Source: Macrostomum lignano (Eukaryota). Taken from it: DNA of 47,949 nt. Shown here piece after piece: positions 23,701 to 38,700 of the stretch. The DNA lies in the NCBI GenBank assembly GCA_002269645.1, contig NIVC01003348.1, positions 1 through 47,949 of the forward strand, given 5' to 3'. How positions within the stretch are numbered: position 1 is the first letter of the stretch; each line of letters opens with the position of its first letter. A program made the position numbers and the translations under genes. The notes beneath the pieces are model-generated. The model did not search any database. It was not told the DNA's origin and worked only from the letters and a program-made list of their open reading frames with translations.

Positions 23701-26700
23701 TGTAGCTATGGTCCTTTATTGGACATTGATGGGTCCTGTAGCTATGGTCCTTTATTGGACATTGATGGGTCCTGTAGCTATGGTCCTTTATTGGACATTG
23801 ATGGGTCCTGTAGCTATGGTCCTTTATTGGACATTGATGGGTCCTGTAGCTATGGTCCTTTATTGGACATTGATGGGTCCTGTAGCTATGGTCCTTTATT
23901 GGACATTGATGGGTCCTCTGGCTATGGTCCTTTATTGGCATTGATGGGTCTCTGCTATGGTCCTTTATTGGCATTGATGGGTCCTGTAGCTATGGTCCTT
24001 TATTGGACATTGATGGGTCCTGTAGCTATGGTCCTTTATTGGACATTGATGGGTCCTGTAGCTATGGTCCTTTATTGGACATTGATGGGTCCTGTAGCTA
24101 TGGTCCTTTATTGGACATGATGGGTCCTGTAGCTATGGTCCTTTATTGGACATTGATGGGTCCTGTAGCTATGGTCCTTTATTGGACATTGATGGGTCCT
24201 GTAGCTATGGTCCTTTATTGGACATTGATGGGTCCTGTAGCTATGGTCCTTTATTGGACATTGATGGGTCCTCTTGGCTATGGTCCTTTATTGGACATTG
24301 ATGGGTCTCTTGGCTATGGTCCTTTATTGGCATTGATGGGTCCTGTAGCTATGGTCCTTTATTGGACATTGATGGGTCCTGTAGCTATGGTCCTTTATTG
24401 GACATTGATGGGTCCTGTAGCTATGGTCCTTTATTGGACATTGATGGGTCCTGGCTATGGTCCTTTATTGGACATTGATGGGTCCTCTGGCTATGGTCCT
24501 TTATTGGCATTGATGGGTCCTGGCTATGGTCCTTTATTGGCATTGATGGGTCCTGTAGCTATGGTCCTTTATTGGACATTGATGGGTCCTGTAGCTATGG
24601 TCCTTTATTGGACATTGATGGGTCCTGTAGCTATGGTCCTTTATTGGACATTGATGGGTCCTGTAGCTATGGTCCTTTATTGGACATTGATGGTCCTGTA
24701 GCTATGGTCCTTTATTGGACATTGATGGGTCCTGTAGCTATGGTCCTTTATTGGACATTGATGGGTCCTGTAGCTATGGTCCTTTATTGGACATTGATGG
24801 GTCCTGTAGCTATGGTCCTTTATTGGACATTGATGGGTCTCTGTAGCTATGGTCCTTTATTGGACATTGATGGGTCCTGTAGCTATGGTCCTTTATTGGA
24901 CATTGATGGGTCCTGTAGCTATGGTCCTTTATTGGACATGATGGGTCCTGTAGCTATGGTCCTTTATTGGACATTGATGGGTCCTGCTATGGTCCTTTAT
25001 TGGCATTGATGGGTCTCTGGCTATGGTCCTTTATTGGCATTGATGGGTCCTCTTGGCTATGGTCCTTTATTGGCATTGATGGGTCCTCTTGGCTATGGTC
25101 CTTTATTGGCATTGATGGGTCCCTGGCTATGGTCCTTTATTGGACATTGATGGGTCCTGTAGCTATGGTCCTTTATTGGACATTGATGGGTCCTGTAGCT
25201 ATGGTCCTTTATTGGACATTGATGGGTCCTGTAGCTATGGTCCTTTATTGGACATTGATGGGTCCTGTAGCTATGGTCCTTTATTGGACATTGATGGGTC
25301 CTGTAGCTATGGTCCTTTATTGGACATTGATGGGTCCTGTAGCTATGGTCCTTTATTGGACATTGATGGGTCCTCTGTAGCTATGGTCCTTTATTGGACA
25401 TTGATGGGTCCTGTAGCTATGGTCCTTTATTGGACATTGATGGGTCCTCTTGGCTATGGTCCTTTATTGGGCATTGATGGGTCCTGTAGCTATGGTCCTT
25501 TATTGGACACTGATGGGTCCTGTAGCTATGGTCCTTTATTGGACATTGATGGGTCCTGTAGCTATGGTCCTTTATTGGACATTGATGGGTCCTGTAGCTA
25601 TGGTCCTTTATTGGACATTGATGGGTCCTGTAGCTATGGTCCTTTATTGGCATTGATGGGTCTGTAGCTATGGTCCTTTATTGGACATTGATGGGTCCTG
25701 TAGCTATGGTCCTTTATTGGACATTGATGGGTCCTGTAGCTATGGTCCTTTATTGGACATTGATGGGTCCTCTTGGCTATGGTCCTTTATTGGACATTGA
25801 TGGGTCCTCTTGGCTATGGTCCTTTATTGGCATTGATGGGTCCTCTTGGCTATGGTCCTTTATTGGCATTGATGGGTCCTCTGGCTATGGTCCTTTATTG
25901 GCATTGATGGGTCCTGTAGCTATGGTCCTTTATTGGACATTGATGGGTCCTGTAGCTATGGTCCTTTATTGGACATTGATGGGTCCTGTAGCTATGGTCC
26001 TTTATTGGCATTGATGGGTCCTCTTGGCTATGGTCCTTTATTGGCATTGATGGGTCCTCTGGCTATGGTCCTTTATTGGCATTGATGGGTCCTGTAGCTA
26101 TGGTCCTTTATTGGACATTGATGGGTCCTGTAGCTATGGTCCTTTATTGGACATTGATGGGTCCTGTAGCTATGGTCCTTTATTGGACATTGATGGGTCC
26201 TGTAGCTATGGTCCTTTATTGGACATTGATGGGTCCTCTTGGCTATGGTCCTTTATTGGACATTGATGGGTCTCTGTAGCTATGGTCCTTTATTGGCATT
26301 GATGGGTCCTGTAGCTATGGTCCTTTATTGGACATTGATGGGTCCTGTAGCTATGGTCCTTTATTGGACATTGATGGGTCCTGTAGCTATGGTCCTTTAT
26401 TGGACATTGATGGGTCCTGTAGCTATGGTCCTTTATTGGACATTGATGGGTCCTGTAGCTATGGTCCTTTATTGGACATTGATGGGTCCTCTGGCTATGG
26501 TCCTTTATTGGCATTGATGGGTCTCTTGGCTATGGTCCTTTATTGGCATTGATGGGTCCTCTTGGCTATGGTCCTTTATTGGGCATTGATGGGTCCTGTA
26601 GCTATGGTCCTTTATTGGACATTGATGGGTCCTGTAGCTATGGTCCTTTATTGGACTGATGGGTCCTGTAGCTATGGTCCTTTATTGGACATTGATGGGT

Positions 26701-29700
26701 CCTGTAGCTATGGTCCTTTATTGGGACATTGATGGGTCCTCTGGCTATGGTCCTTTATTGGACATTGATGGGTCTCTGGCTATGGTCCTTTATTGGGCAT
26801 TGATGGGTCCTGTAGCTATGGTCCTTTATTGGCATTGATGGGTCCTGTAGCTATGGTCCTTTATTGGCATTGATGGGTCCTGTAGCTATGGTCCTTTATT
26901 GGACATTGATGGGTCCTGTAGCTATGGTCCTTTATTGGACATTGATGGGTCCTGTAGCTATGGTCCTTTATTGGACATTGATGGGTCCTGTAGCTATGGT
27001 CCTTTATTGGACATTGATGGGTCCTGTAGCTATGGTCCTTTATTGGCATTGATGGGTCCTGGCTATGGTCCTTTATTGGACATTGATGGGTCCTGTAGCT
27101 ATGGTCCTTTATTGGCATTGATGGGTCCTCTGGCTATGGTCCTTTATTGGCATTGATGGGTCCTGTAGCTATGGTCCTTTATTGGCATTGATGGGTCTCT
27201 GTAGCTATGGTCCTTTATTGGCATTGATGGGTCTCTTGGCTATGGTCCTTTATTGGCATTGATGGGTCCTGTAGCTATGGTCCTTTATTGGCATTGATGG
27301 GTCCTGTAGCTATGGTCCTTTATTGGACATTGATGGGTCCTGTAGCTATGGTCCTTTATTGGACATTGATGGGTCCTGTAGCTATGGTCCTTTATTGGAC
27401 ATTGATGGGTCTCTGGCTATGGTCCTTTATTGGACATTGATGGGTCCTCTGGCTATGGTCCTTTATTGGACATTGATGGGTCCTCTTGGCTATGGTCCTT
27501 TATTGGCATTGATGGGTCCTCTTGGCTATGGTCCTTTATTGGCATTGATGGGTCCTGTAGCTATGGTCCTTTATTGGCATTGATGGGTCCCTGGCTATGG
27601 TCCTTTATTGGACATTGATGGGTCCTTGGCTATGGTCCTTTATTGGACATTGATGGGTCCTCTTGGCTATGGTCCTTTATTGGCATTGATGGTCCTCTTG
27701 GCTATGGTCCTTTATTGGGCATTGATGGGTCCTGTAGCTATGGTCCTTTATTGGCATTGATGGGTCCTGTAGCTATGGTCCTTTATTGGACATTGATGGG
27801 TCCTGTAGCTATGGTCCTTTATTGGACATTGATGGGTCCTGTAGCTATGGTCCTTTATTGGACATTGATGGGTCCTCTTGGCTATGGTCCTTTATTGGCA
27901 TTGATGGGTCCTCTGGCTATGGTCCTTTATTGGCATTGATGGGTCCTCTGGCTATGGTCCTTTATTGGACATTGATGGGTCCTGTAGCTATGGTCCTTTA
28001 TTGGACATTGATGGGTCCTGTAGCTATGGTCCTTTATTGGACATTGATGGGTCCTGTAGCTATGGTCCTTTATTGGACATTGATGGGTCCTGTAGCTATG
28101 GTCCTTTATTGGACATTGATGGGTCCTGTAGCTATGGTCCTTTATTGGACATTGATGGGTCCTGTAGCTATGGTCCTTTATTGGACATTGATGGGTCCTG
28201 TAGCTATGGTCCTTTATTGGACATTGATGGGTCCTCTGTAGCTATGGTCCTTTATTGGACATTGATGGGTCCTCTTGGCTATGGTCCTTTATTGGACATT
28301 GATGGGTCTCTTGGCTATGGTCCTTTATTGGACATTGATGGGTCCTGTAGCTATGGTCCTTTATTGGACATTGATGGGTCCTGTAGCTATGGTCCTTTAT
28401 TGGACATTGATGGGTCCTGTAGCTATGGTCCTTTATTGGACATTGATGGGTCCTCTTGGCTATGGTCCTTTATTGGGCATTGATGGGTCCTCTTGGCTAT
28501 GGTCCTTTATTGGCATTGATGGGTCTCTGTAGCTATGGTCCTTTATTGGCATTGATGGGTCCTGTAGCTATGGTCCTTTATTGGACATTGATGGGTCCTG
28601 TAGCTATGGTCCTTTATTGGACATTGATGGGTCCTGTAGCTATGGTCCTTTATTGGACATTGATGGGTCCTGTAGCTATGGTCCTTTATTGGACATTGAT
28701 GGGTCCTGTAGCTATGGTCCTTTATTGGACATTGATGGGTCCTGTAGCTATGGTCCTTTATTGGACATTGATGGGTCCTGTAGCTATGGTCCTTTATTGG
28801 ACACTGATGGGTCCTGTAGCTATGGTCCTTTATTGGACATTGATGGGTCCTGTAGCTATGGTCCTTTATTGGACATTGATGGGTCCTGTAGCTATGGTCC
28901 TTTATTGGCACTGATGGGTCCTGTAGCTATGGTCCTTTATTGGACATTGATGGGTCCTGTAGCTATGGTCCTTTATTGGCATTGATGGGTCTCTTGGCTA
29001 TGGTCCTTTATTGGCATTGATGGGTCCTCTGGCTATGGTCCTTTATTGGGCATTGATGGGTCCTCTTGGCTATGGTCCTTTATTGGCATTGATGGGTCCT
29101 GTAGCTATGGTCCTTTATTGGACATTGATGGGTCCTGTAGCTATGGTCCTTTATTGGCATTGATGGGTCCTGTAGCTATGGTCCTTTATTGGACATTGAT
29201 GGGTCCTGTAGCTATGGTCCTTTATTGGACATTGATGGGTCCTGTAGCTATGGTCCTTTATTGGACATTGATGGGTCCTGTAGCTATGGTCCTTTATTGG
29301 ACATTGATGGGTCCTGTAGCTATGGTCCTTTATTGGACATTGATGGGTCCTGTAGCTATGGTCCTTTATTGGACATTGATGGGTCCTGTAGCTATGGTCC
29401 TTTATTGGCATTGATGGGTCTCTTGGCTATGGTCCTTTATTGGGCATTGATGGGTCTCTGTAGCTATGGTCCTTTATTGGCATTGATGGGTCCTGTAGCT
29501 ATGGTCCTTTATTGGACATTGATGGGTCCTGTAGCTATGGTCCTTTATTGGACATTGATGGGTCCTGTAGCTATGGTCCTTTATTGGACACTGATGGGTC
29601 CTGTAGCTATGGTCCTTTATTGGACATTGATGGGTCCTGTAGCTATGGTCCTTTATTGGACATTGATGGGTCCTGTAGCTATGGTCCTTTATTGGACATT

Positions 29701-32700
29701 GATGGGTCCTGTAGCTATGGTCCTTTATTGGACATTGATGGGTCCTCTTGGCTATGGTCCTTTATTGGCATTGATGGGTCCTCTTGCTATGGTCCTTTAT
29801 TGGCATTGATGGGTCCTGGCTATGGTCCTTTATTGGACATTGATGGGTCCTCTGTAGCTATGGTCCTTTATTGGACATTGATGGGTCCTGTAGCTATGGT
29901 CCTTTATTGGACATTGATGGGTCCTGTAGCTATGGTCCTTTATTGGACACTGATGGGTCCTGTAGCTATGGTCCTTTATTGGACATTGATGGGTCCTCTT
30001 GGCTATGGTCCTTTATTGGCATTGATGGGTCCTCTTGGCTATGGTCCTTTATTGGCATTGATGGGTCCTGTAGCTATGGTCCTTTATTGGACATTGATGG
30101 GTCCTGTAGCTATGGTCCTTTATTGGACATTGATGGGTCCTGTAGCTATGGTCCTTTATTGGACATTGATGGGTCCTGTAGCTATGGTCCTTTATTGGAC
30201 ATTGATGGGTCCTCTTGGCTATGGTCCTTTATTGGCATTGATGGGTCCTCTTGGCTATGGTCCTTTATTGGCATTGATGGGTCCTGTAGCTATGGTCCTT
30301 TATTGGACATTGATGGGTCCTGTAGCTATGGTCCTTTATTGGACACTGATGGGTCCTGTAGCTATGGTCCTTTATTGGACATTGATGGGTCCTGTAGCTA
30401 TGGTCCTTTATTGGACATTGATGGGTCCTGTAGCTATGGTCCTTTATTGGACATTGATGGGTCCTCTGGCTATGGTCCTTTATTGGCATTGATGGGTCCT
30501 CTTGGCTATGGTCCTTTATTGGCATTGATGGGTCCTGTAGCTATGGTCCTTTATTGGCATTGATGGGTCCTCTTGCTATGGTCCTTTATTGGCATTGATG
30601 GGTCCTCTTGGCTATGGTCCTTTATTGGACATTGATGGGTCCTGTAGCTATGGTCCTTTATTGGCATTGATGGGTCCTGTAGCTATGGTCCTTTATTGGA
30701 CATTGATGGGTCCTGTAGCTATGGTCCTTTATTGGACATTGATGGGTCCTGTAGCTATGGTCCTTTATTGGACATTGATGGGTCCTCTTAGCTATGGTCC
30801 TTTATTGGACATTGATGGGTCCTCTGGCTATGGTCCTTTATTGGACATTGATGGTCCTCTTGGCTATGGTCCTTTATTGGCATTGATGGGTCCTCTTGGC
30901 TATGGTCCTTTATTGGCATTGATGGGTCCTCTTGGCTATGGTCCTTTATTGGCATTGATGGGTCCTGTAGCTATGGTCCTTTATTGGACATTGATGGGTC
31001 CTGTAGCTATGGTCCTTTATTGGACATTGATGGGTCCTGTAGCTATGGTCCTTTATTGGACATTGATGGGTCCTCTTAGCTATGGTCCTTTATTGGCATT
31101 GATGGGTCCTCTTGGCTATGGTCCTTTATTGGCATTGATGGGTCCTCTTGGCTATGGTCCTTTATTGGCATTGATGGGTCCTGTAGCTATGGTCCTTTAT
31201 TGGACATTGATGGGTCCTGTAGCTATGGTCCTTTATTGGACATTGATGGGTCCTGTAGCTATGGTCCTTTATTGGACATTGATGGGTCTCTTGGCTATGG
31301 TCCTTTATTGGACATTGATGGGTCCTCTTGGCTATGGTCCTTTATTGGCATTGATGGGTCCTGTAGCTATGGTCCTTTATTGGCATTGATGGGTCCTGTA
31401 GCTATGGTCCTTTATTGGACATTGATGGGTCCTGTAGCTATGGTCCTTTATTGGACATTGATGGGTCCTGTAGCTATGGTCCTTTATTGGACTGATGGGT
31501 CCTGTAGCTATGGTCCTTTATTGGACATTGATGGGTCCTGTAGCTATGGTCCTTTATTGGACATTGATGGGTCCTGTAGCTATGGTCCTTTATTGGACAT
31601 TGATGGGTCCTGTAGCTGGTCCTTTATTGGACATTGATGGGTCTCTTGGCTATGGTCCTTTATTGGACATTGATGGGTCCTGTGCTATGGTCCTTTATTG
31701 GCATTGATGGGTCCTCTTGGCTATGGTCCTTTATTGGCATTGATGGGTCCTGGCTATGGTCCTTTATTGGACATTGATGGGTCCTGTAGCTATGGTCCTT
31801 TATTGGACATTGATGGGTCCTGTAGCTATGGTCCTTTATTGGACATTGATGGGTCCTGTAGCTATGGTCCTTTATTGGACATTGATGGGTCCTGTAGCTA
31901 TGGTCCTTTATTGGCATTGATGGGTCTCTGGCTATGGTCCTTTATTGGGCATTGATGGGTCCTTGGCTATGGTCCTTTATTGGCATTGATGGGTCTGTAG
32001 CTATGGTCCTTTATTGGCATTGATGGGTCCTGTAGCTATGGTCCTTTATTGGACATTGATGGGTCCTGTAGCTATGGTCCTTTATTGGACATTGATGGGT
32101 CCTGTAGCTATGGTCCTTTATTGGACATTGATGGGTCTCTTAGCTATGGTCCTTTATTGGCATTGATGGGTCCTGTAGCTATGGTCCTTTATTGGCATTG
32201 ATGGGTCCTGTAGCTATGGTCCTTTATTGGACATTGATGGGTCCTGTAGCTATGGTCCTTTATTGGACATTGATGGGTCCTGTAGCTATGGTCCTTTATT
32301 GGCATTGATGGGTCTTGTAGCTATGGTCCTTTATTGGACATTGATGGGTCCTGTAGCTATGGTCCTTTATTGGCATGATGGGTCCTGTAGCTATGGTCCT
32401 TTATTGGACATTGATGGGTCCTGTAGCTATGGTCCTTTATTGGACATTGATGGGTCTCTTGTAGCTATGGTCCTTTATTGGACATTGATGGGTCCTCTTG
32501 GCTATGGTCCTTTATTGGCATTGATGGGTCCTCTGGCTATGGTCCTTTATTGGCATTGATGGGTCCTGTAGCTATGGTCCTTTATTGGACATTGATGGGT
32601 CCTGTAGCTATGGTCCTTTATTGGACATTGATGGGTCCTCTTAGCTATGGTCCTTTATTGGACATTGATGGGTCCTCTTGGCTATGGTCCTTTATTGGCA

Positions 32701-35700
32701 TTGATGGGTCCTCTTGGCTATGGTCCTTTATTGGCATTGATGGGTCCTGTAGCTATGGTCCTTTATTGGACATTGATGGTCCTGTAGCTATGGTCCTTTA
32801 TTGGACATTGATGGGTCCTGTAGCTATGGTCCTTTATTGGACATTGATGGGTCCTGTAGCTATGGTCCTTTATTGGACATTGATGGGTCCTCTTGGCTAT
32901 GGTCCTTTATTGGCATTGATGGGTCCTCTTGGCTATGGTCCTTTATTGGCATTGATGGGTCCTGTAGCTATGGTCCTTTATTGGCATTGATGGGTCCTGT
33001 AGCTATGGTCCTTTATTGGACATTGATGGGTCCTGTAGCTATGGTCCTTTATTGGACATTGATGGGTCCTGTAGCTATGGTCCTTTATTGGACATTGATG
33101 GGTCCTGTAGCTATGGTCCTTTATTGGACATTGATGGGTCCTGTAGCTATGGTCCTTTATTGGACATTGATGGGTCCTGTAGCTATGGTCCTTTATTGGA
33201 CATTGATGGGTCCTGTAGCTATGGTCCTTTATTGGACATTGATGGGTCCTGTAGCTATGGTCCTTTATTGGACATTGATGGGTCCTTGGCTATGGTCCTT
33301 TATTGGCATTGATGGGTCTGTAGCTATGGTCCTTTATTGGCATTGATGGGTCCTGTAGCTATGGTCCTTTATTGGACATTGATGGGTCCTGTAGCTATGG
33401 TCCTTTATTGGACATTGATGGGTCCTGTAGCTATGGTCCTTTATTGGACATTGATGGGTCTCTTGCTATGGTCCTTTATTGGACATTGATGGGTCCTCTG
33501 GCTATGGTCCTTTATTGGCATTGATGGGTCCTGTAGCTATGGTCCTTTATTGGCATTGATGGGTCCTCTGTAGCTATGGTCCTTTATTGGCATTGATGGG
33601 TCCTGTAGCTATGGTCCTTTATTGGACATTGATGGGTCCTGTAGCTATGGTCCTTTATTGGACATTGATGGGTCCTGTAGCTATGGTCCTTTATTGGACA
33701 TTGATGGGTCCTGTAGCTATGGTCCTTTATTGGACATTGATGGGTCTCTTGGCTATGGTCCTTTATTGGACATTGATGGGTCCTCTTGGCTATGGTCCTT
33801 TATTGGCATTGATGGGTCCTCTTGGCTATGGTCCTTTATTGGGCATTGATGGGTCCTGTAGCTATGGTCCTTTATTGGACATTGATGGGTCCTGTAGCTA
33901 TGGTCCTTTATTGGACATTGATGGGTCCTGTAGCTATGGTCCTTTATTGGACATTGATGGGTCTCTGGCTATGGTCCTTTATTGGCATTGATGGGTCCTC
34001 TTGGCTATGGTCCTTTATTGGCATTGATGGGTCCTGTAGCTATGGTCCTTTATTGGCATTGATGGGTCCTGTAGCTATGGTCCTTTATTGGACATTGATG
34101 GGTCCTGTAGCTATGGTCCTTTATTGGACATTGATGGGTCCTGTAGCTATGGTCCTTTATTGGACATTGATGGGTCCTGTAGCTATGGTCCTTTATTGGA
34201 CATTGATGGGTCCTGTAGCTATGGTCCTTTATTGGCATTGATGGGTCCTCTTGGCTATGGTCCTTTATTGGCATTGATGGGTCCTGTAGCTATGGTCCTT
34301 TATTGGACATTGATGGGTCCTGTAGCTATGGTCCTTTATTGGACATTGATGGGTCCTGTAGCTATGGTCCTTTATTGGACATTGATGGGTCCTGTAGCTA
34401 TGGTCCTTTATTGGACATTGATGGGTCCTGTAGCTATGGTCCTTTATTGGACATTGATGGGTCCTGTAGCTATGGTCCTTTATTGGACATTGATGGGTCC
34501 TGTAGCTATGGTCCTTTATTGGACATTGATGGGTCCTGTAGCTATGGTCCTTTATTGGACATTGATGGGTCCTCTTGGCTATGGTCCTTTATTGGCATTG
34601 ATGGGTCCTGGCTATGGTCCTTTATTGGCATTGATGGGTCCTGTAGCTATGGTCCTTTATTGGACACTGATGGGTCCTGTAGCTATGGTCCTTTATTGGA
34701 CATTGATGGGTCCTGTAGCTATGGTCCTTTATTGGACATTGATGGGTCCTGTAGCTATGGTCCTTTATTGGCATTGATGGGTCCTCTTGTAGCTATGGTC
34801 CTTTATTGGCATTGATGGGTCCTCTTGGCTATGGTCCTTTATTGGGCATTGATGGGTCCTGTAGCTATGGTCCTTTATTGGACATTGATGGGTCCTGTAG
34901 CTATGGTCCTTTATTGGACATTGATGGGTCCTGTAGCTATGGTCCTTTATTGGACATTGATGGGTCCTGTAGCTATGGTCCTTTATTGGACATTGATGGG
35001 TCCTGTAGCTATGGTCCTTTATTGGACATTGATGGGTCCTGTAGCTATGGTCCTTTATTGGACATTGATGGGTCCTGTAGCTATGGTCCTTTATTGGACA
35101 TTGATGGGTCCTGTAGCTATGGTCCTTTATTGGACATTGATGGGTCTGTAGCTATGGTCCTTTATTGGACATTGATGGGTCCTGTAGCTATGGTCCTTTA
35201 TTGGACATTGATGGGTCCTGTAGCTATGGTCCTTTATTGGACATTGATGGGTCCTGTAGCTATGGTCCTTTATTGGACATTGATGGGTCCTGTAGCTATG
35301 GTCCTTTATTGGCATTGATGGGTCCTCTTGGCTATGGTCCTTTATTGGCATTGATGGGTCCTCTTGGCTATGGTCCTTTATTGGCATTGATGGGTCCTCT
35401 TAGCTATGGTCCTTTATTGGCATTGATGGGTCCTGTAGCTATGGTCCTTTATTGGACATTGATGGGTCCTGTAGCTATGGTCCTTTATTGGACATTGATG
35501 GGTCCTGTAGCTATGGTCCTTTATTGGACATTGATGGGTCCTGTAGCTATGGTCCTTTATTGGCATTGATGGGTCCTGTAGCTATGGTCCTTTATTGGCA
35601 TTGATGGGTCCTCTTGGCTATGGTCCTTTATTGGCATTGATGGGTCCTGTAGCTATGGTCCTTTATTGGACATTGATGGGTCCTGTAGCTATGGTCCTTT

Positions 35701-38700
35701 ATTGGACATTGATGGGTCCTGTAGCTATGGTCCTTTATTGGACATTGATGGGTCCTGTAGCTATGGTCCTTTATTGGACATTGATGGGTCCTGTAGCTAT
35801 GGTCCTTTATTGGACATTGATGGGTCCTGTAGCTATGGTCCTTTATTGGACATTGATGGGTCTCTGGCTATGGTCCTTTATTGGACATTGATGGGTCCTG
35901 TAGCTATGGTCCTTTATTGGACATTGATGGGTCTCTTAGCTATGGTCCTTTATTGGCATTGATGGGTCCTCTTGGCTATGGTCCTTTATTGGCATTGATG
36001 GGTCCTGTAGCTATGGTCCTTTATTGGACACTGATGGGTCCTGTAGCTATGGTCCTTTATTGGACATTGATGGGTCCTGTAGCTATGGTCCTTTATTGGA
36101 CATTGATGGGTCCTGTAGCTATGGTCCTTTATTGGCATTGATGGGTCTCTTGTAGCTATGGTCCTTTATTGGACATTGATGGGTCTCTTGCTATGGTCCT
36201 TTATTGGCATTGATGGGTCCTGTAGCTATGGTCCTTTATTGGACATTGATGGGTCCTGTAGCTATGGTCCTTTATTGGACATTGATGGGTCCTGTAGCTA
36301 TGGTCCTTTATTGGACATTGATGGGTCCTGTAGCTATGGTCCTTTATTGGACATTGATGGGTCCTGTAGCTATGGTCCTTTATTGGACATTGATGGGTCC
36401 TGTAGCTATGGTCCTTTATTGGACATTGATGGGTCCTGTAGCTATGGTCCTTTATTGGACATTGATGGGTCCTGTAGCTATGGTCCTTTATTGGACATTG
36501 ATGGGTCCTGTAGCTATGGTCCTTTATTGGACATTGATGGGTCCTGTAGCTATGGTCCTTTATTGGACATTGATGGGTCCTGTAGCTATGGTCCTTTATT
36601 GGACATTGATGGGTCCTGTAGCTATGGTCCTTTATTGGACATTGATGGGTCCTGTAGCTATGGTCCTTTATTGGCATTGATGGGTCTCTGTAGCTATGGT
36701 CCTTTATTGGACATTGATGGGTCCTGGCTATGGTCCTTTATTGGACATTGATGGGTCCTTGTAGCTATGGTCCTTTATTGGCATTGATGGGTCCTGTAGC
36801 TATGGTCCTTTATTGGACATTGATGGGTCCTGTAGCTATGGTCCTTTATTGGACATTGATGGGTCCTGTAGCTATGGTCCTTTATTGGACATTGATGGGT
36901 CCTGTAGCTATGGTCCTTTATTGGACATTGATGGGTCCTGTAGCTATGGTCCTTTATTGGACATTGATGGGTCCTGTAGCTATGGTCCTTTATTGGACAT
37001 TGATGGGTCCTGTAGCTATGGTCCTTTATTGGACATTGATGGGTCCTGTAGCTATGGTCCTTTATTGGACATTGATGGGTCCTGTAGCTATGGTCCTTTA
37101 TTGGACACTGATGGGTCCTGTAGCTATGGTCCTTTATTGGACATTGATGGGTCCTCTTGGCTATGGTCCTTTATTGGCATTGATGGGTCTCTTGTAGCTA
37201 TGGTCCTTTATTGGCATTGATGGGTCTCTGTAGCTATGGTCCTTTATTGGCATTGATGGGTCCTGTAGCTATGGTCCTTTATTGGACATTGATGGGTCCT
37301 GTAGCTATGGTCCTTTATTGGACATGATGGGTCCTGTAGCTATGGTCCTTTATTGGACATTGATGGGTCCTCTTGGCTATGGTCCTTTATTGGCATTGAT
37401 GGGTCTCTTGGCTATGGTCCTTTATTGGCATTGATGGGTCCTGTAGCTATGGTCCTTTATTGGCATTGATGGGTCCTGTAGCTATGGTCCTTTATTGGAC
37501 ATTGATGGGTCCTGTAGCTATGGTCCTTTATTGGACATTGATGGGTCCTGTAGCTATGGTCCTTTATTGGACATTGATGGGTCCTCTGGCTATGGTCCTT
37601 TATTGGGCATTGATGGGTCCTCTTGGCTATGGTCCTTTATTGGCATTGATGGGTCCTGTAGCTATGGTCCTTTATTGGACATTGATGGGTCCTGTAGCTA
37701 TGGTCCTTTATTGGACATTGATGGGTCCTGTAGCTATGGTCCTTTATTGGACATTGATGGGTCCTCTTGCTATGGTCCTTTATTGGCATTGATGGGTCCT
37801 CTTGCTATGGTCCTTTATTGGCATTGATGGGTCCTGTAGCTATGGTCCTTTATTGGCATTGATGGGTCCTGTAGCTATGGTCCTTTATTGGACATTGATG
37901 GGTCCTGTAGCTATGGTCCTTTATTGGACATTGATGGGTCCTCTTGTAGCTATGGTCCTTTATTGGACATTGATGGGTCCTCTTGGCTATGGTCCTTTAT
38001 TGGACATTGATGGGTCCTGTAGCTATGGTCCTTTATTGGACATTGATGGGTCCTCTTGGCTATGGTCCTTTATTGGCATTGATGGGTCCTGGCTATGGTC
38101 CTTTATTGGCATTGATGGGTCCTGTAGCTATGGTCCTTTATTGGCATTGATGGGTCCTGTAGCTATGGTCCTTTATTGGACATTGATGGGTCCTGTAGCT
38201 ATGGTCCTTTATTGGACATTGATGGGTCCTGTAGCTATGGTCCTTTATTGGACATTGATGGGTCCTGTAGCTATGGTCCTTTATTGGACATTGATGGGTC
38301 CTCTTGGCTATGGTCCTTTATTGGACATTGATGGGTCCTGTAGCTATGGTCCTTTATTGGCATTGATGGGTCCTGTAGCTATGGTCCTTTATTGGACATT
38401 GATGGGTCCTGTAGCTATGGTCCTTTATTGGCATTGATGGGTCCTGTAGCTATGGTCCTTTATTGGACATTGATGGGTCCTGTAGCTATGGTCCTTTATT
38501 GGACATTGATGGGTCCTGTAGCTATGGTCCTTTATTGGACATTGATGGGTCCTGTAGCTATGGTCCTTTATTGGACATTGATGGGTCCTGTAGCTATGGT
38601 CCTTTATTGGACATTGATGGGTCCTGTAGCTATGGTCCTTTATTGGACATTGATGGGTCCTGTAGCTATGGTCCTTTATTGGACATTGATGGGTCCTGTA